DNA of 31,007 bases from Anaerolineales bacterium (GTDB taxonomy: Bacteria > Chloroflexota > Anaerolineae > Anaerolineales > E44-bin32), in contig DAOUTT010000001.1 of NCBI GenBank assembly GCA_030668545.1, positions 1 to 31,007 on the forward strand, given 5' to 3'. Position 1 is the first letter of the stretch. Each line of letters begins with the position of its first letter. The position numbers and the translations under genes are program-made. Shown piece by piece: positions 28,301 to 31,007 of the stretch. Below the pieces are notes generated by a model, which had not been told where the DNA came from, ran no database searches, and saw only the letters and a program-made list of their open reading frames with translations.

Positions 28301-28739
28301 GATCATTCCAATCCATCCAGAAACCCAGGCGGATGCTCTGTTCTGTCTGCACGGCAGAGTATTTCAGGACTTGTTGCTTGCACAAATTAACAAAGCGATC
28401 GAGGCCGAACTCTTCAATTTCACGCTTGCTGTTGAAACCCATCTCCCGCTCGACGTTGACCTCGACCCACAAACCCTGGCAATCGAAACCATTCTGGTAC
28501 CGCGTTTGAAATCCCTGCATGGCTTTAAATCGATGGAAGAGATCCTTGTATGTCCGCCCCCAACCGTGATGAACCCCCATGGGATTGTTGGCTGTGATCG
28601 GACCATCAATGAAGGACCAACGCGGACTTTTTGACCTCAGTGCGACGAGGTTCTTGAAAGCTTGAATGTCATCCCAAAATGTTAAAACATCTTTTTCTAG
28701 CGCGATGAAATCAACCTGGTTGTCTACGGATTTAAACAT
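25377..28739 (-). CDS. ileS: Isoleucine--tRNA ligase, type 2 (IleRS2)
   Basis: DGPITANNPMGVHH, GFDCQGL.VE, WTTTPWTL (CP1 editing), GTGIVHIAPG, W.ISKKRYYG..LP.W, DVGNPWLDAG, ESFPGQFRNWFY, LSNWYLRRSRRRFW, and IleRS2 C-terminus (EGLAREFVRRVQDLRR). Confidence 0.97.
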   Translation of the reverse strand: MFKSVDNQVDFIALEKDVLTFWDDIQAFKNLVALRSKSPRWSFIDGPITANNPMGVHHGWGRTYKDLFHRFKAMQGFQTRYQNGFDCQGLWVEVNVEREMGFNSKREIEEFGLDRFVNLCKQQVLKYSAVQTEQSIRLGFWMDWNDPDMLRTLRDKMAEDPSEQITVEGPHGPVTGSVESIVGRLGMPELGGSYFTFSDDNNYTIWATLKSCYDRGWIFKGRDVMPWCVRCGTGLSQHEIVTEGYKEIAHPSITLRFPLRGRERESLLVWTTTPWTLTSNVAAAVGSDLDYVRVRQGDDVFYLSRGTLHVLKGDYEIEAELKGQEMEGWMYDGPFDELPVQKEHGAPEAHRVILWDEVGEDEGTGIVHIAPGCGAEDFQLSKEHGLPVIAPLNGDGLFLDGFDWLSEMNVQKVAQPIFQNLTEKGLTYKIEDYTHRYPVCWRCGEELVFHLVDEWFINMGDQLDKPYEQVTEEEKLDNLRYQIMEVVKEDTAWHPSFGLERELDWLRNMHNWMISKKRYYGLALPIWECESCKHFEVIGSREELEARAVEGWGVFEGHTPHRPYIDAVKIECSECGAVVNRIPDVGNPWLDAGVVAMSTLRYNTDKEYWSEWYPADLISESFPGQFRNWFYSLLALSTILERKSPFKHVFTYATLLAEDGQAMHKSWGNMIEFNQAADAMGVDVMRWVYCSHKPEKDLLFGYESATEARRQFLIPLWNVYAFFVTYANLDGWTPTDSADVQFSVMDRWIISRSLQTIDQVTHALEAFEPDRATKVIGNFLDDLSNWYLRRSRRRFWAKTGVDKASDADKHAAYTALYRALLTLIHVLAPFTPFVVETIYQNLVRSIDDEALESIHHRAWPEVDTAEVEEDLLREMKFVQMLVSMGHAARNKANRKLRQPLSEVAFAVAGSEERAIVDRYDALIHDELNVKKVRLLDAAAEAVEYQLKALPKQLGQKYGSLFPAIRDAVGKLDQPKSASALLAGEPVEVTIEGQVIQLTTDEVEIRIEAHEGFSAVAEGPYVAALVTELTEELVLEGLAREFVRRVQDLRRQADLQVDDAIEVQYAASDKLAEAIDAHRGYIQGEVIADSMQPSADPQGGITTEHHFDGESLQVALRKVEG

Positions 28740-28747
28740 CTAACACC

Positions 28748-29458
28748 TCACGGTTCAAGCTCAATGACCAAACGTTTATTGATCGCGCCTTTGCTCTTGT
28801 AGTCCACGATGCGGATCTGACCTACTTCTTCAGTATTGGCGACGTGGGTCCCACCGTCGGCTTGGAGGTCAAGTCCTTCGATTTCCACCACTCGTACTTC
28901 TTGAATCATAGGTGGCAGGAGATTTATTTTCGTTCGAATCAAGTCAGGGATCTGGAAAGCTTCTACCCGCGGTAAGATTGCCGTCTTAACTAATCTAGCT
29001 GCGCGAACCTCAATATTGATTTTCTCTTCGATCTCGGCGACGAGTTCCTTATGCATGGACTCAAATTCAAAATCCATTCGTCCACGTAGGGGTTGCATGT
29101 TTCCACCAGTTACGCTTGCTTCATAATCTCGCCATATCACCCCACATAGGATGTGCATCGCGGTGTGGACGCGCATTAGCTGGAAGCGTCGCTCCCAATC
29201 CAACTCACCATCGACCTCCGCGCTGGTTTCGGGGGGGGCTCCATCAATTTCATGCCAGATCTCACCATCGACCTTGCGAACTAGCTTCACAGCTAGAGTT
29301 TGGTTCCCCGATTGAATTACTCCGAAATCGCAAGGTTGTCCACCACCGCCGGGGTAAAACACGGTTCGGTCCAGGGAAATCCCGTGCTCCGAGACACCTG
29401 TAACTTGAGCGGTGAAGGTCTTTAAATACGAGTCACCGTAGAACAGCAATTCTGTCAT
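28748..29458 (-). CDS. AlaX-type (AlaXp) free-standing aminoacyl-tRNA editing protein
   Basis: LFY.DSYL..F.A.V, LDRTVFYP.GGGQP.D.G, HTAMH (29167-29153), R.DF and ADGGTHV (28858-28844) motifs; 236 aa. Confidence 0.92.
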   Translation of the reverse strand: MTELLFYGDSYLKTFTAQVTGVSEHGISLDRTVFYPGGGGQPCDFGVIQSGNQTLAVKLVRKVDGEIWHEIDGAPPETSAEVDGELDWERRFQLMRVHTAMHILCGVIWRDYEASVTGGNMQPLRGRMDFEFESMHKELVAEIEEKINIEVRAARLVKTAILPRVEAFQIPDLIRTKINLLPPMIQEVRVVEIEGLDLQADGGTHVANTEEVGQIRIVDYKSKGAINKRLVIELEP

Positions 29459-29524
29459 CGTTTATTCCCTTCTGTCCATGTACACCAAGTTAACCTTAAT
29501 AAATTCTGCTCGGCACCTCATTAA

Positions 29525-29802
29525 AATTAAGTGCTCACGTCCCAAACAGGGACGAGAGCAAAATCCTCCCGTGGTACCACCCTGATTCCCGCCAACGACG
29601 GGCTCTCAGTCAAGTACGACCATAAAAAACTCTGGCTTATACCTGCGCCCGTGATAACGGCGGGCGATCCCGGCTTCCTTACTTACGATGTACTGCGTTC
29701 GGGTTGCAGCTCCGGAGGGATTTTCCGACTGGTATCCTGACCCGGCTCTCACCAATCCCGGGCTCGCTTACAGGCAGACTCAGGCGTACTCGTCTCCATC
29801 AA
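29525..29802 (-). promoter_or_regulatory. T-box riboswitch, Ile-specific (AUC specifier), transcription-attenuation type
   Basis: On the - strand: stem I GATGGAGACGAGTA...AGCGA (AG bulge)...GGTGAGA (29753-29747)...GAAA-ATC-CCTCC (specifier 29721-29719). CCGTTA box at 29660-29655. T-box AATCAGGGTGGTACCACG at about 29587-29570, whose antiterminator partner is CGTCCCT. Terminator CTCGTCCC-TGTTT-GGGACGTGAG at 29556-29534. Confidence 0.93.
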
Positions 29803-29832
29803 AGCTTTTTCTTCTATTGAATTTACTTGCCC

Positions 29833-29861
29833 ATTATGCCATACGCGCAAACATGGGTCAA
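29833..29861 (-). promoter_or_regulatory. Sigma70-type promoter of the T-box leader
   Basis: TTGACC (29861-29856), 17-nt spacer ending TGG, CATAAT (29838-29833). Confidence 0.7.
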
Positions 29862-29985
29862 TGACCCAGCGCCAACATCGTTCAAAATCGATAAAGACGG
29901 ACTAAATCAACGTGCCAGAACTAAGCTAGAAGCAATTGAGTCTTATCATGAGACTCGTATTGCTACATCGCAAGGATGGCGGTTT

Positions 29986-30828
29986 TTATTGGACCACCCG
30001 GTCCGGATACAAATGCTCGAAAAGCGCGTACAGGTTGCCTTGATGAAGCTGCTCAGCCAAACCACCAAGCAAAATGCGGCTCTTCCCACAAGATTCGATG
30101 TCGATCTGGGAAAGGTAAGCATCATAATCTTTTCGTCGACTCGCCTGTCGCACATGACTCCGTATTTTATTCAAGTATGCGATATTATCCTGAACCTTAG
30201 ATGTTATTTCGCCGCGCAGAAAGGTTTCTCCATGTCCTTGGACAAGATTCTCCAGCTTCATCTTTGGGAGACGTTTCATGCTCTCGATCATGATGTCAAA
30301 ATCGCCGTCTACGATATACGGCAACGGCATGAGAATGTCACCCGAAAAAAGAACCCGATCCTCCACAAGGAGCACACCAATACCATCGGGGCTGTGGCCT
30401 GGGAGGTGGATCAGCCGGAGAGATCGCTTTCCAATCTGAAGACTCAAAGTTCCTTTTTCGAAGACTACATCTGGGAGAACAATCTTCAGATTCCGGAATT
30501 CTCGATTGCTTCGCTTTGCTGCTGCCAGAGTTTGTTTACCTTTAGTATCAAGTAAAGTGCGGCAGAGTGTGTGACTGAGGATTGTTGCGTTGGGAAACCA
30601 GCAATTGCCCAAGGTGTGGTCGGAGTGATAGTGAGTGTTGATGATATAGCGGACCGGTTTGGCCAATCGCCCTTCAAGAAAATCACGAATTTCTCTGGTT
30701 TCTTCGGGGTAAGCTAGTGTATCGATGAGAATGGACCAGTCCTGGCCAACAATGGCCCCTGCATTCACCTGCGCATAAAGCTGGCTGGTGAATACATAGA
30801 CATCCTCAGCTACCCGCTCTCGAATCAT
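29986..30828 (-). CDS. MBL-fold metallo-hydrolase (substrate unknown)
   Basis: ILIDT, INTHYHSDHTLGN (HxHxDH), PGHSPD, LFSGD and QGHG motifs. Confidence 0.92.
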   Translation of the reverse strand: MIRERVAEDVYVFTSQLYAQVNAGAIVGQDWSILIDTLAYPEETREIRDFLEGRLAKPVRYIINTHYHSDHTLGNCWFPNATILSHTLCRTLLDTKGKQTLAAAKRSNREFRNLKIVLPDVVFEKGTLSLQIGKRSLRLIHLPGHSPDGIGVLLVEDRVLFSGDILMPLPYIVDGDFDIMIESMKRLPKMKLENLVQGHGETFLRGEITSKVQDNIAYLNKIRSHVRQASRRKDYDAYLSQIDIESCGKSRILLGGLAEQLHQGNLYALFEHLYPDRVVQ

Positions 30829-30856
30829 GCCTGCTCCTGTGTGACTGCAAGTTGAA

Positions 30857-30886
30857 AGGATAGCATAGGGGGTAAACCGATGTCAA
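30857..30886 (-). promoter_or_regulatory. Sigma70-type promoter of the MBL hydrolase gene
   Basis: TTGACA (30886-30881), 18-nt spacer ending TGC, TATCCT (30862-30857). Confidence 0.65.
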
Positions 30887-30924
30887 GAAGACTTAACATA
30901 AATGCTGTTTTTGCTCAGATTTGG

Positions 30925-30954
30925 GGTTTTCCTTACTTTGTTCCTCGAAATGAC
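30925..30954 (-). repeat. Solitary degenerate arm of the REP-like family
   Basis: The - strand reads GTCATTTCGAGGAACAAAGTAAGGAAAACC, resembling the GTCATTTCGAGC.CAGCGAGAAATCCC arm in the 7771-8327 array. Confidence 0.45.
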
Positions 30955-31007
30955 GCGGAAGAGGAGCCAGGCGATCACTATATCTGGGTGAGGCTGGATG
31001 TATGGAT

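Noticed and set aside
29827-30555. 242-aa + strand ORF
   Set aside because: It is antisense to the motif-complete MBL hydrolase gene and runs over the T-box promoter, with no recognisable domain.
30960-31007. Possible 3' end of a - strand gene (...IHTSSLTQI*) at the window edge
   Set aside because: Too short to support any call.
1-31007. tRNA, rRNA, tmRNA, prophage, integrase, IS transposase or defence-system genes
   Set aside because: None of the intergenic gaps showed cloverleaf/T-loop or rRNA signatures, and no ORF carried integrase, DDE/HUH transposase, Cas or restriction motifs that I could recognise.

Overview
Core-genome window of about 31 kb with no phage, transposase or CRISPR-Cas genes. 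The gene styles suggest Chloroflexota, probably Anaerolineae (inference). Gene order on + strand: degV (5'-truncated, divergent), degV, recG, coaD, sepIVA-like. Then on - strand, in coordinate order: pyrG, orphan roadblock/LC7, a 3-unit palindromic REP-like array, rimM, khpA, rpsP (long acidic tail), ffh, a RodA-PBP fusion, mtnP, fhaB, fhaA and a second fhaA. These are followed by a divergent archease-rtcB pair (+), then tyrS, a membrane protein, eamA, ltaE, rluD, lspA, ileS, alaX, an Ile T-box and an MBL hydrolase (all -). The best candidate for an undescribed system is an actinobacterial-type FHA/RodA/PbpA cell-wall module. Its SEDS glycosyltransferase is fused to a transpeptidase domain that has lost all three catalytic motifs, its phosphatase slot holds an MTA phosphorylase, and fhaA is duplicated. 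Second is a complete Ile (AUC) T-box whose first regulated gene is an AlaX-type tRNA editing enzyme, coupled to an IleRS2 with non-canonical GVHH and AMHKS signatures. All family assignments come from recognised motifs and gene context; no database search was run.
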